A DNA stretch of 64,000 nucleotides, from positions 551,739 through 615,738 of the forward strand of contig JAQGDQ010000108.1 in the NCBI GenBank assembly GCA_030141605.1. The letters run 5' to 3'. The translations under genes and the position numbers were made by a program. This DNA comes from Tubiluchus corallicola. Its lineage: Eukaryota > Animalia > Priapulida. The notes under the pieces were generated by a model. It did no database searches and had not been told where the DNA came from. It worked only from the letters and a program-made list of their open reading frames with translations. Each line of letters starts with the position of its first letter. Position 1 is the stretch's first letter. Positions 1 through 16,500 of the stretch are shown here, one piece after another.

Positions 1-192
1 CGTTGATTTTTATTACATTATACGTTAATTTTATGTTATTACATTATCGGGCGCTTATTACATTATCAATTGTAACTGGCCTACAGCAGTCTTACTTCGG
101 AACAACAGCCTTATATCAACTAAATCACCATCGCTACAAGCGATTTTGGTATATATAGTGTTGCTCTATTACTGCTTCGCAAAGTTGTTTAC

Positions 193-2721
<2,529 letters not shown>

Positions 2722-3904
2722 CACGAGTTATTTAGTTTTTTTCGATTTCAAACTTGCTGCTTACCTTCCTTCACAAAGTATTCACTCGTATCCTCTTTAC
2801 AGAGGTCTGTCTTTACATATGCCTTGTTTTCAGAAGTTTGCACACTCTTGCACATGTGATTGTCAACAACTGTGCTAATTTATATCCAAACCAGATTAAC
2901 AAAGGAACTCTCTACAAAACCCAAAATCATTTTGAACGGGAAATGCTGTGTGTTTAGTGATAACGCATTAAAAGTCACCCTTCCAGTATCTGTCTGCACA
3001 GTAATGTATGTATGTCACGAAGTCAATTATGGTCATTTAGTAACAGAATTTCTGCAGGGCATTATGACCACTGTCCACCACTCTTAAATCTTAATAAAAG
3101 TTTAGGTCATTGGTCTTAATTATTTAATTAGCTTGTCATTTTCCGGCTTGTATGTAATGTTTATCGGTCCCCGTAGTACAAGGTTTCAACCATCTGTAAA
3201 TGAGTGAAAATATGTATAGTAGTGATGGTGATGATGGTGGTAATGACAGCAATAGTCATGGTAATAGCCAAGGTCGTTGTCGTCGTAGTTGCTGTTGTTG
3301 CTGTTGCTGTTGCTGTTGCAAACAAACGTTTGCCATCGTTGCATCATGTCATCATTGCATCGTAGGTGTTGCTTGTTGTTGCTTACGCGAGTGAAATGTA
3401 GTAAACTCTTTATAATCAAGGCTTTGATAATCTAAACTTTGGATAAGATTAGATTAATTGTTTTTCATAATTATGTTTATTTACTTGTATTAACTTGTTA
3501 TTAAAAGTTAGTGGTAGTGGATCGTTTTTTCTATGTTTTAATGTTATCCAACGTTGATCAGTCACTTGTTCAATTTTGACTATAAATCATACCTCTGTAC
3601 TTGTTTTGACGCACCTACGATACGAAACATTTAAAATTTACTTTCAAAAACAAGTTTAAAAATGAAACGTGTATTCTATGATCATAAAATCGTAATAGTC
3701 ATCAATGGATTGCTGCTCAATTGGGAAATAGTAGTCATTTTTTCGGCAATTTATTTTTGTATGTTAATGCGATTTAAAATGGCAGATATTTAGTTAAATA
3801 GTTTTTTTGGGGTTTACGGCTGCCTGGTTGCTTGGTTTGTTGGCTGGCTGGCTGTTTGTTCGTTTAATTAGTTAACTGCGTGTTTAGTTTGATGATTACT
3901 TCCT

Positions 3905-4150
3905 TGGTTGACTGATTGGCTTGGTTGGTTGGTTGGTTGGTTTGTTGGTTGGTTAGTTGGTTTGTTTGTTTGTTTGTTGGTTGGTTGGTTGGTTGGTTGG
4001 TTGGTTGGTTTGTTGGTTGGTTGGTTGGTTGGTTGGTTGGTTGGTTGGTTGGTTGGTTGGTTGGTTGGTTGGTTGGTTGGTTACTTGATTGGTTAATTAA
4101 GTGGTATGCACGCTTGCTGGCTAGCTGGCTGGTTGGTTGGTTGGCTTGTT
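3905..4150. repeat. (GGTT)n microsatellite
   Basis: GGTT tetranucleotide array; source of the LVGW ORFs. Confidence 0.95.
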
Positions 4151-6565
4151 GGTTGTTGCTTGTTTGCTTGTTACTTGATTACTTAGTTAAAGTAGTTTGC
4201 TCGACTGTACATTTATTCAATTGTTCGTTTGTTTATTTGTTTATTTGTTAGTTAAACATGTCGCAATTTATAACTTTATGGTACAACAACTTAATAAACT
4301 AATAAGCTCACGTTCTGGACGCTACCTTGCATTAAGTCATATCACTTAGCTGCAGAACTATACAAAACCGGATTTTATTGTGAAAATTATGTTTGATATC
4401 AAAACCTGTTTAAGAATTTATGCACTCACCTCCAGGGTTAAGGAATTTAATAAATTACGCTTCAGTTAATCTTACCCGTGCATGATCATACAAATAATAC
4501 GCAACAATTTATAGCTAACTCGTGTATGTAGTTTAAAACGCGCAAAGCTGTGATTGTAAAAATATGGGCTAATTCAAGTGAGACTTTAGTGTACAACTCA
4601 CTAGCATACTTGTTATAAAAAAGATACAGAAAATTATCTATGCCGGTTTTGAATTTATATACTTCTGCATTTTGCAATAATTTGGTCGTTTGCGAGCTGT
4701 TGCCGGCGATAAATTTCACAGATGCCTTAATCTCTCCTAGTGATAATTAGCTTGAACTGAAGTAAGTTTTGTGATATATAGTTTATTAACAAATAACACA
4801 TTCGAAAACATACAACGTTAACTACACTAATACAGTTATGTAACACGCTACACAAAAAACAACCAGAAAATAGGCAAAATCGCCATATTGAACTTGTTTT
4901 TTCTTGAACTTGTTTTTTCTTTTCTCAACACAGACTGAATTGATATTGTGACATTGATATAGGCATCAAAATACAAAGTTTTTCCTAGGCTTCAAAAATT
5001 CCAAAATATGGGTATATTTATTTTATGTTCAAGTTCTTTTTTTGCAAGAGTTACTGTGTTCAGAGATTGAGTTTTCCACAATCGATCTTTTTAGTCGTTA
5101 CAAAAAAGAAGCAATGACCTTTTTCTTTAAAGTGGTTTATGAGGACCGAATAGCAACTGTGTAAAATTTGATCTTTAGACGATTTTACGAGAAAGAAATA
5201 TCTTTTTTTCTATGAAGTCGTTCGTAATTCGCTTTCACTAATTTTTTCATCGCTTTTTCTGCCTAAATTTTTCTTTCACTACTAACTTAGCCATCGTCTA
5301 AATGACATTATACTCGCATAAAAAATCATGGCTGTAGGCTATATATTAGTAGCCAAGAAAAATAACCGTGGCTTGGGTCACGTCCTGCATAATGATAGTC
5401 GTTGCCGTTGGTTAAACGGCAAAATGGCATTGAATAAGTGACTCGGTCAAAATGCAATAAATCGGAATTTTCACCTGATCATTTACACGTATACGCGTGC
5501 AGGAGGACCAAATCTGAAATATTTTCAATACGAAATATTTAAACGCATTCGAAAAGAACTATATATTTGACGTCCGTTTAGACGTATAACAATAGTCAAG
5601 TGAAAATAGACCGCAGGGTTGAAAAGATGGTTAAAATGACACCCGTCTAGTGAACAAATTATTTTATGCTTGCAATTGTAGTATTTTTATTGCTTTTAAT
5701 CTTTGTAGTTTTAGATGTTCTTTGTAACTATTATTATAAATATTTTTGTAATTCTGTGTGTATTTTTTGCGTAATTTATTACTTAGCTGTCGAAGTAAGG
5801 AATCTAATATAATAATCTGATCAAATTGCTGACAACTGTGTGTTGGATGCATTTGCAAGAATTTACCTTTTGTTATTGCTGCTATTCTTTCTCTTTGTTT
5901 CCCACCTTTTCTGTGACCGCGATCAGTGATTTTATACTTCTGTGTTTGTCCGTTATGCTTTTTATTTGCTGTACTTCTCTGTTTTTAACGCGATTGTATC
6001 CCTTTTAGTGCGATATCTTTATGTGTTAATAATATAAACAAATAATTCCACCCAAAAATTAGTATTAATAATTCCATGTGTTTTAGTCCTTTTTCTTTCA
6101 CCTGAATACAAACTACAAGAGTACTTTCAAAACGTGGTGTTCTTCTTGCTTTCTCCCTTGTTTTTTTTTATTTCTGGCACTTTTTTACTTCATTGCTGTT
6201 ATTGTTAATGTTATTTTACGAGCAATTGCCATTTTACAACAAATTTCAAAAATTCTGCATACATATTAACAGCACAAATCATTCATTGGCAGCTCATAAT
6301 TCATTCCTAATAATTTGTTAGTTCACGTTGTTTAATTTGGGTTGCGGCAACTGGGTATTCAGAGCTTTACGATCAATATGGGTAAACTACGAGGTGCCAG
6401 CTAGTGACATCTAACTATACATTTTTAAGTCAACAACGGTTACGGTCAGAAAGAAACTGTAACAACAAAAATGATTGGAATAACAGCTTCCTTTTGCGCT
6501 TTGCCTAGAGAATGGACTCCTGAAAATATAAAACTTTACTAGATTAATAATATAAGTTAAACGAC

Positions 6566-8293
6566 ATGCTATCAATACCACCGCCACTAGAAAGTAATCA
6601 CAGATGTGTCAACGAACTAATGCATCATGTAAACAATTTCAGGTATAATTCTGAGGGACCTGCAATGACTCTCACAATGGCTTCCGATCAAGAGATAGCA
6701 ATAGCTACTGTTAAAATCGACATGCTGCTGAATCAGATTAGAAAATTTGGGTACATTGTTGCTGGTACGGGCTTCGTCGTCGCTCTCTTACACGTGATTG
6801 TAATCGTAGCCATTGTCATTGCACTTGGTCATTTCCGACCATCAAGTCCAGTACTAAGCGTCATCGGACTGATCATACTCATATCTGGATTGCAAGACAT
6901 GAAAACAGCTACGTTCTTTAAAAACAGTGATAAATATGCTATAAATATTACCCTATTCTTGTCGCTTGTTAGCGTGGTGGTGTCACTTAGTGCTCTCATT
7001 TACCTTGCTGTTACAATAGGCCTGCAGAATGTAAACAAATTCCAAATTTTAGCACTGGATGTATTTATTCTCATCGTTCAGATAGTGTGTTTTCTGACAA
7101 GTACAGCTGTTGCTCTTTTGGTCGCCCATAAAGCCATTCTTGTAAAAGAAATATCAAACAAGTTATCTCTTAATGCAAAAGTCTGTGATAAATCTCACAG
7201 TGTCACTAATAGTAGCAAACTAAACGAAACGTATGATAACCTGGCGTTCACCGTTGATGAGAACTCGCAGGAGGTGAAAAAAGTCTGCTGCAATACGGAA
7301 CAAAATGAAACTTCATCAGCACCTGTTAAGAAGTGTAATTTTGCAATGACAAATGGTGTGGAAAATTTAAGTCACACAAGTCTACAAAGGTCTTCCTTGC
7401 CGTTTGATGACGTAGGTGGATTCGCTTTGGTAGATTTAGACGACGGGGATGATTCAGTGTTTCCCAGAAGTGTATCCCTTGTGGAAGTGGACGTTGTTTT
7501 TCCAGAATGCGTAGAGACTGCTCTCACAGAATTAGAAAAAAATAGAAGGGATGACAACGACGAAGAAGAGGTACCAGATTGTGGCAATGAAAGTTGCTTC
7601 GTTCCCACTGGAGATGAGATGGACATGTACCGGATGAGCCTTTCACAGCTGATGCAGATCTTCAACAAGTCCAAACTGAGTGCACAGACTTTGAGTTCCA
7701 TAAATGTGTTTCTTCGGCGAATGAGCAAAAACCACATTCAGTCTCTGATGCAAAGAATGAGAAAACGAAAGTTATTGAACGGAGTGGGGTTATACTCATG
7801 CCATTGCAAAGAAGCCAACAGTGACACAAGCTTGCTAAATGTGACGCCAACATCCCCATCAAAAGTTTCTCCTGGCTGGATAGATAGGACGGAGACGAAA
7901 AATCCCTTTCCGGGTTCTTCATTCAGTTCTTCTCTTTCGTCTTCATCCTCAAAAAAGGCTCATCCATTTGAACAAGAAACACTAAGCTCAAACTTGGACG
8001 AATCAGACATAACTATCCCACATGAAACACAACAATATCAACAAAATGGTTTTACGAAATTTGCTAACGAGAAACACTCTTTCCAAACACCCGGTCAAAT
8101 TCTGCAGTTAACACCCGTCAACTCATCCTCTCACGAAACTAGCGTACAAGAGCAATCAAAATTAAATAGCAGACAGGACACTGTGGGTTTTACACCTCTT
8201 TCGGATAAAAACTCTACGCCAACAATAGAAGATAGTACCCCTGTGCCACCAGCGCGACGACATGCAAAACATCCGAATTTGGTCCTCATCTAG
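6566..8293 (+). CDS. Single-exon four-transmembrane protein (MS4A/CD20-like topology) with a long acidic/Ser-rich cytoplasmic tail, 575 aa
   Basis: 1.7-kb non-repetitive ORF in AT-rich DNA. Four hydrophobic segments: FGYIVAGTGFVVALLHVIVIVAIVIALG; PVLSVIGLIILISGL; AINITLFLSLVSVVVSLSALIYLAVTIGL; FQILALDVFILIVQIVCFLTSTAVALLVA. The family assignment is inference only. Confidence 0.8.
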   Translation: MLSIPPPLESNHRCVNELMHHVNNFRYNSEGPAMTLTMASDQEIAIATVKIDMLLNQIRKFGYIVAGTGFVVALLHVIVIVAIVIALGHFRPSSPVLSVIGLIILISGLQDMKTATFFKNSDKYAINITLFLSLVSVVVSLSALIYLAVTIGLQNVNKFQILALDVFILIVQIVCFLTSTAVALLVAHKAILVKEISNKLSLNAKVCDKSHSVTNSSKLNETYDNLAFTVDENSQEVKKVCCNTEQNETSSAPVKKCNFAMTNGVENLSHTSLQRSSLPFDDVGGFALVDLDDGDDSVFPRSVSLVEVDVVFPECVETALTELEKNRRDDNDEEEVPDCGNESCFVPTGDEMDMYRMSLSQLMQIFNKSKLSAQTLSSINVFLRRMSKNHIQSLMQRMRKRKLLNGVGLYSCHCKEANSDTSLLNVTPTSPSKVSPGWIDRTETKNPFPGSSFSSSLSSSSSKKAHPFEQETLSSNLDESDITIPHETQQYQQNGFTKFANEKHSFQTPGQILQLTPVNSSSHETSVQEQSKLNSRQDTVGFTPLSDKNSTPTIEDSTPVPPARRHAKHPNLVLI

Positions 8294-9574
8294 TAATGAT
8301 GCTAAACAAACGTATATGAATGTAAATGCTGATATCTTTTAGCATGTCAAGCTCTTAATTCTCTTAATTCTGAATATAACAAAAAGTGAAATTTACAATC
8401 AATAGCTAGTAATTAGCCTAAGTGTTGAAAAGTTGTTATTTATGGATATTAGCTAAAAGCTTTAGCAACATAGCAAATGCTGAAGTAGTTGTCATTTATT
8501 GTCATTGCTTATTGTCATTCAGGATTATGTATTAGTGACACTTCCAAAGCCAGAAAAAAACAGAGGTCTGATGTAAAATTTTAGACTACTCAGTTTAGTA
8601 GGCCTCAGGATTATTTGTTCCAACCAAAATTGTCAACCAGTATATCTGTCTACCAAAAACACAACGTACCTAAAATCTCGTGTAGTACTGTGCAAAGCTG
8701 AAAATACTAACTACAGCAGATATCTTGTCCAATTGTACATGTACTTCAATGAAAAGCTTTGACTCTCTAAAAAACCAGATTGTTAAATTTCACGAAAGAA
8801 ATCGGACCCTTAATTTACGAATGAGAATTATTGTTTGTGTTTTAATCTTCCAAATAGCAATGCAGACACAATAACAGTGCAAGATGTAAGACTTATTATT
8901 GCAACCACTGCAAGACAAATACTAGAAAATGTTTTACATGACACGTTGAAATCACTTTAGGCACTATATGAATGTTACATTTAAAATTTTTCCATTCCGG
9001 AAACACTGTTAAACTGTGAAACCGGTTTACTGTTCTGGTTGTCAGTGTATAGCTGCCAGATTTTATATAACACTGATTTTAATTAGTATTCCGCACAACT
9101 GCTGACATAAGCTATATTTTGGTAGCACTTGGCTGAAGTTACTCTTGCCAAGTGGCAATAACTTTTGCATTATGTTCTGCTTTACATGTGCATGTTTGGT
9201 GAGGTCTTGCAGACTTGGAGAAATTTTACTGAGACTTAATAGCGTAATACAAAATAATTACAGTGTAACTCGTTGTGGAAATGTTCACAATAAATGCACC
9301 AATAAAGAACCATATATACGTAGTAAAGAAACGCCAAAGTTTTAAACGTCGTTAGTTCTATAGGATAAGCTGTATCTGCAGTGAGCATTTTGCATAGTTA
9401 AAAAAGGTGGTGTGATTCCCAAATATATACTATGTCAATGAAAAGGAGAGAGAACGATATAGTGAGAGAAGAAGCGAGATAGCAAACAAGATGAGAGAGA
9501 AAGAGAGACAGAGAGAAAAAGAAAGAAAGTGGGAGGGAAAGAGAATAAAAGGACAAATTGGCTGTTACAGTCCT

Positions 9575-9725
9575 TTTTGAACCATTTGAAGAAATATTTA
9601 ACAGGAAGACCCAAGAGTAAAAAACTCCAAACAGCTATCTCTCGTCAAATATTGCCCAGAAATAAGACCCTACTCCAATAAAGCTGTCAGGGTTTATAAA
9701 CCAGAGAGATCTTGGCAGTATCCTT
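9575..9725 (+). mobile_element. Degenerate CR1/L2-type LINE reverse-transcriptase fragment
   Basis: Frameshifted traces LNHLKKYLTGR(TQRV) and QRDLG resemble the CR1/L2 RT motifs W..SYLTGR.QRV and E.DLG. Confidence 0.35.
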
Positions 9726-10291
9726 TATAGTAGTAACAATAAACACAGCAAAAAACAATAAATACAGCAAATTGTTTTCAGTTAACAAGGGATTGCGTAG
9801 CTCGTCTCGGCCAGATATGTCTTTGCAATCAGTTCTTTTTTCTATGCGTTTTAGTCACTTCTGTTACTTGTGAAATGATCCTTTTATCCAAAACGCAAGC
9901 GTGAAACGAACATAATATCCAGACAAAACACATTTATCACTGATCAAGTGTGCATCTGTTAATAGACTCAACATAATCGGTATACGACTTTTTCATACAC
10001 ACTTTGAAGTACATAATTCTATACAAGAGTATATAAACACGTATAACGTGTTAGTGTTTAATGTGGTAAAAAAATCTTTAAAGAGAACTTGTTTCAAAAG
10101 AAAATTACGTTTGCCTCTGGGCTGTTTGTGGTCAAGGTTGTGCAATTTACGCGCTGTTACTCACGTAGTGAACGAGAATCTTATTGTAATTAACACAAAA
10201 AAAGTTTAAAAAACGTTAAAAAACCAATCACGCAAAATTGGTTTTAAACATGTGATTAGAACTTAATAGTCTGTTATATATATAAACTTAC

Positions 10292-10352
10292 AAACTTACA
10301 TGGGTGAAATATATTAGAATTCACCATCTCTCACCGCTCACACACACGCACG

Positions 10353-10431
<79 letters not shown>

Positions 10432-10484
10432 TATATGACCTGTGAGAGATGTGAATTCAAATACATTTTACGCATGTAAATTTT
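10292..10484. repeat. About 43-bp imperfect inverted repeat enclosing a (CA)n microsatellite (MITE-like)
   Basis: Left arm AAACTTACATGGGTGAAATATATTAGAATTCACCATCTCTCAC; reverse complement of right arm AAATTTACATGCGTAAAATGTATTTGAATTCACATCTCTCAC. Confidence 0.8.
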
Positions 10485-11005
10485 GAACTGAAGCAGCGGA
10501 TGGCTTGGCAGGACCCAGGATTTATAAATCAGAATCTTGCAGTTTGTTTCACATTGAAGAGGGTTTCCTAGAATTTGGCGAAAAGCAATTTTATGCTTTT
10601 AATTTTTTTATTTGTTATGAGTCCAGTTTCATTGATAAATTCAAAGTGTACGTGCTCCGCGCACGCATACATTGTAGGACGTAACACTTAGAAACAAATG
10701 CCATACAGAATCGATAAAATACCCCCTTCAGGACCGCACCATTCAAGATAGGTCTTATAAGACCTATATGACCTATGACCAACAAAACGTTTAATGGTTT
10801 CTAATCAATTACTAACAAAGAAGTCATTAAAAGTGGTACTTGCTGTTGCCCTAACGCATGGTATTTAAGTTAAAAGCGGAGTAAAATAATACTCTTTGTA
10901 ATGTACTTGTAGAATTGTTCCTTACGGCCGGCAAAAGCTCTTTGAGCTTATGTTAATTGTTTACCTAAAAGCCGACTTTAAAAAAAGATTATTCTTATTA
11001 TGTAA

Positions 11006-11203
<198 letters not shown>

Positions 11204-11819
11204 ACAAATACTTTTCGCAAAGAAACATCAAGGCTGTACCAGAAATTTCAATGTGCATAAATTTCGCGTTTATGGTTTTTAATTCATCCCTTTCGTTCTT
11301 CTTTTTCAAAATAAAGCAGCTTCTACTTTCATCTTAGCCATTTCATTGTGTTTCATAAATAAACTCGCGCGTGCATCTTTGAACGGATACACAAATGGGC
11401 AGACTTTTATAATGATTAAACCTGTTTGATGATTGAAGATGAGATAAAAAGGACTCGTGCTTTCCACAAAGTTTCAGCTATTTCATTCGATATCATCATA
11501 GCAATCTTACAACTTTCATCGACGTCATTCCTATTCATTGTTAATTTTGCTAATAACTGATTACTTTCTATTTCTTTTCTTTTCTTATGATGTACTAATG
11601 TAAAATTTTCGTCTGTTGTTGCATAATGTTTATGGATATTTATTAATACGTTTTATTAACTTATTACTATAGATCATTTCTGGTGGCCTTAACAAGCTAA
11701 ATGCTTCTTGGTGCTAAAAATTGTTAAATATTAATTTAATATTAAAGTTAATTATTTGAACTGTGAATTTGCTATAAATCCCTGGTTTTGACCATGTGTT
11801 CATTTGCTTTGCTAATTTA

Positions 11820-11948
11820 AATTGATTGATTGAATGATTGAGTGATTGAATGATCGATCGCTCGATTGATTGACTGATTGATTGATTGACTGACTGACTG
11901 ACTTACTGATTGATTGATTGATTGATTAATTGTTTGATTGACTGATTA
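11820..11948. repeat. (GATT/GACT)n microsatellite
   Basis: Direct reading. Confidence 0.9.
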
Positions 11949-13545
11949 ATCTTTCTTAATAGCTGCTTTATCATCCTTTTTAAAGAGGAAAAAGGAAATT
12001 TTAAAATATGTCCTTAGCATTACGGGTACCTGTTTGAAGAACTAATATACTTGGAAAAAATCTTAATAATTTAAAATGTAACAGTTAAAACGTCACAGTA
12101 TCACCATCCCAGTGTGCACCACTAGCCCACCATTGATCTTAATGACAATATAAAGTATTTATACTTTTGCTTAATTAGGGAAGAAAGCGGCACGAATGCT
12201 CTGATCGTTGTTTTTACTTTACGCAATGTTATTTAAGCTCATTTAACCCAAGCTCCTTAGCCCAATGGAAAATGGTTGCACCTAATGGTCATCGCGGGAG
12301 TGTAAGTTACAACATTTATGCAGCGTTACTGATACCGCGAGCTCTGTGTGAAGTAAGACAGCATGTAAATGAAACGAAATTTCAAGACGAATTTTTAAAT
12401 TTAATTTGTGGGTTTTTTCTCCTTTAACTTCTAGAAATCTCCAGATTATAGGGCAGAGAATAGACAATGTGCAGTGTAAGAGCGACATGTAAAAACATCT
12501 CTCGCTCAGCTCTTTATTCCTTCAAGACCTGCAAAAAATGATTTTAGCATACTTGTTAAGCTGTAACGCTATAATAACAACTCCACAAAACAAAACCCTA
12601 TAACCATCTGTAAAGTAATACAGTAGCAATATAAATGTAATAAGTGCTGTAACAGAATGGTCTGATAAAACTAATTAATGGAGCTGTACATCGAGTGATT
12701 ACTGGAGTTGGCAGCCACGACACAAGACGCAAAAAGCACGTAAATGCAACAATTTCAATTAAGTGTTGTTGTTGATGTTGTTGTTGCCGTCGTCGTCGCC
12801 GTCGCCGTCGCCGTCGTTGTCGTTGTTGTCATTACCGCTGTCGTTGCTGTTATTGCTGCTATTAATTGTTTGTTTTTTGATTCTTTTGTTTGTTGGGATG
12901 TTTGTTTATTTGCTTGTTTGTCTTTCTGTTTGTTTGTTTATTTGTTTTTTCCTAGACACAGGCCCAAGGTAACTAAAATACTATGTCAATACCAACATAT
13001 ATACAAAATCAAGAAGCCGCCTATTGCAGCAGTCACTTATGCATGTGAGCATTTCACCCAGAATGTGCCGTTATATTTGTACGCATGCGCTGCAATTAAG
13101 ATAAGTTCGCATACACCTGCCAAAAAGTAGAAAATTTTGATAATTTCTTGCGAGATGATCACTTCAAAACTCGCATTATGCTTCTTACTGTTGCCATTAT
13201 CACCGTCGACACTAAAATGCGCATTAGGACAACATTTTTATTTATTGCAAGAAGAAACTCATAACCACTGACCGTCACTACGCCTCTCCATCAACTAACG
13301 CTTCTTCCTCCGCTAGATAGTAGCCAGTAAAATTTTTAAGTTCGACTTGGGAGTCGTGCATTTGACGCATCAGAACACCAGTTGCTTTACGAGCACTTTT
13401 TGCGTTAGTCAGAGGCATCAGAAGACACGCTGAAGACGAGCTTTGCACCTTGCAATTAAAAAAACGACTGTCACCTCATGTGTATCTTCTGAAGATGACC
13501 ACCTGTACTTTTCACCGAGGCAGTATGAAGTCATGAGTAGATAGT

Positions 13546-16500
13546 ATGGTTTCGCAGAAATATTTTTACGTTTTCCAGTTAGTGGTATTATGTTTCTTAG
13601 TCTGCTGGTCATCAGGTCAACAAAGAAGTTCAAGGCAAAGTGACAGTCGGAATGCTTTTAGACACAGGTAGGCGTCTAACAATTTATAATTTTAATTACA
13701 AAAAAATTATTGAGTTATGCTTTGAAAGCATATTTTTTGCATTTTTAAACAAGGTAAAAATGTGAAAAAGTAAGGACTTAATCTTCATTTGATCCACGAA
13801 CCTTAGAATTACGAAGTGAATGCCATTAAACTTGACCACACCGTCCCTTGAAATCATAGCAAATGTTAATTCATTTCTACTAATTCATCAACCAATTCAA
13901 CATTTCTAGACCCTAAACGATAGACAATGTATCCAAATGTTAGTTTGCTCATGCTACTATTAATTACCATGGTATTTTGTAATTAACAAACTTAATTAGC
14001 TCGAATTTTTATTAAGCCGGTCCTGTAATGGTGTAATTAATCCGCTTGTAATTGTTTTTAATTTTAATTGCAAAAATATTATAATGGTGGAAGTCTGCTA
14101 CACGGCTCAGCATGAATAAATATATTCATTATATTTATTAGTGATTTCAAAGTTTACTAGCAAGTACAGGTCCCATTCAGTTTTAATGATCATCTACATA
14201 TTCAAAAATTTACTCCCACACAGAATAGACGAATATTTAACTTACAGTCGCACTGAAAAATTGAAATTGGACCGTTTTAGAATAAGCGCTGGTACTATTG
14301 CTCTGTTCATTCTTGCCACTACTCGTTCTTTTCTCTTATGAGCTTTAGCGGTTCACTGCTAAAACGCGCTGTGAATACATGGCATGCACATAACATGGAA
14401 ACATAACGTACAAAACATGGAAAACTTTGGTTATGGTGAGAATATAAAAATCACATAACACGTACGTTGCAGTTACACTGTCTAATTCTTCAGCTCTGGT
14501 TAGATGTCAGTCTGTTTTTGCACTGTCAAAACATTATAACTTTATTTGTCGTCGCACTGTTTTCTCAGCCTCAGCGTGTAGAATAGTAAGATCCCTTCGC
14601 AAGTACGATCAACATTAATGGATCGTCCACAATGCTATTTTGGGAATCCATCTAATAGCACCTTTGGTATTAGTAGTCAAGAACTTTGTAAGATCGCATA
14701 ACTGTTTGTAGCCGATAAGGTATGTGTTATCGTTAATATAAATGAGTAAGTAAATTAAGTGGGTGTGTCAGTAAGAAGAATTCTATTTCGGACTAATGGC
14801 GCGTACAAACATAAAGATTTCTTTCGCAACTTGTTGCAACGTGTGAACGGCTTGGCAACTTCTCTCAGAGAGAAGTTGCACAACAAGTTGCGAGAAGGTC
14901 TCTACGTCTGAACGCACCACAAAACTTCCTTAAAAACAGTCAAGGTAAAACAGTGGTACGACGGGTCAATGAATGATTGATAGTTCAGGGTAAACAAATG
15001 CTATCATACAAATAAGCTATTCCTGAACGGGCCGAAGGACTGCAGGAGCTAAAACTGATCCCTAAGATATTATTTGTCAATGGATTTGCAACGATTCGTC
15101 GGTTTTTCAAGCAATTTTCACTTACTAGAATCATATGGCCCTAAAGAGTGCAGCTTCAGATAAATCAAGCGTTGAGCTTTACGTCAGTTTCTGAAGCAAA
15201 CAATAATTGATTTTAAACAAGTCTCAAAAGAATAAAATTTAATAGTCCTGCAACTTGCTTTCCATTTATTGCTTTCAATCTTAAACACATTAAGCTACTT
15301 TACACGTGTTCCTCAATTATAAACTCTTCTCTCTTTTTCTAAAAGGAAATATCGTTATGCCATGTTATAGGTTATGGTCAATACTGTTTTTGCTTTTACT
15401 TTTACTTCGTTGCTGTTACCGTTATCATCATACATCACCAGCACCAACGCCACTATTACCACCACCTCTATCTCCATCATCATCATCACCACCATCATCA
15501 TCATTATCATCGCCATCATCATCCTTATCCGACAACCATCACACCATCTCTACCGCTTTTTTTCCAGTATCATCCGATAATTATCTATCATTCTAATCAA
15601 CATTTGTTAAGTGTAATGTATAATCACTTGTACTGCTCAACGGTAATTATAACTAAAAGAACGAAAAGAATATGCTTATCTCAAACAGCATAATAATTAG
15701 ATGATTCTCAGTAGGGAGATCATTTGCTCACATTTTCTGCGAGAGTACAACCCCAGTAACAAATGTGATAATCGACGCGGGAAATGTGACATTATACCAA
15801 CTATCCCAAAAGACCCAATGTTAACAAATGTAGTTCATCAGACTAATGTACTCGCTTTTTCTGATTCTTGTTCGCCGTGAAATCTGGTCTGCTGTGTTTA
15901 GAGACTGCACATACCGAGTAACTTAAAATATGACACAGATGATTCTTCGGGTATTTATTGCTTATTACAGATTAGTTGCCATGACGTATTCAATAATCAA
16001 AATAAATTATAAATTCAATGAGACTTTAAGTTTTTATAAATCCTCTCATTTTCATCGAAATTGTATATAAATTAGAAAACAGACGCTGCTCTCATGAGTT
16101 CAGCTATATAACCAAATATACAGCCTGAAAAGTTAATTAACATCACAAAGTGAAAATTACACCAGGTCTTTGTCTTTACAAATACCAATGGAAGTAGATT
16201 TAAATTAGAATAATTCAAATTGAAGTTGCAGAAATAATCAATGCTAAATTTATTACCGAGATTTAAACCCAGTTTGTGATACCTCGCTGTAAAATTACAA
16301 ACTTATTCGCAAATAGTAACACAATAAAAAAACTGAAAACTGAAAACTTTTTTGAAATAAGAGCAAACAAAACGTTCCAGGGCTTACATGCCTGCATGCC
16401 TCATCTTCAGTTCTCGACAAAGAACATGCAGCCTACTGCAAAATGTGTAATTTAATGAGTGAGAAAACATCGGCTGATTTTGTACATAAATCTGAGCACT

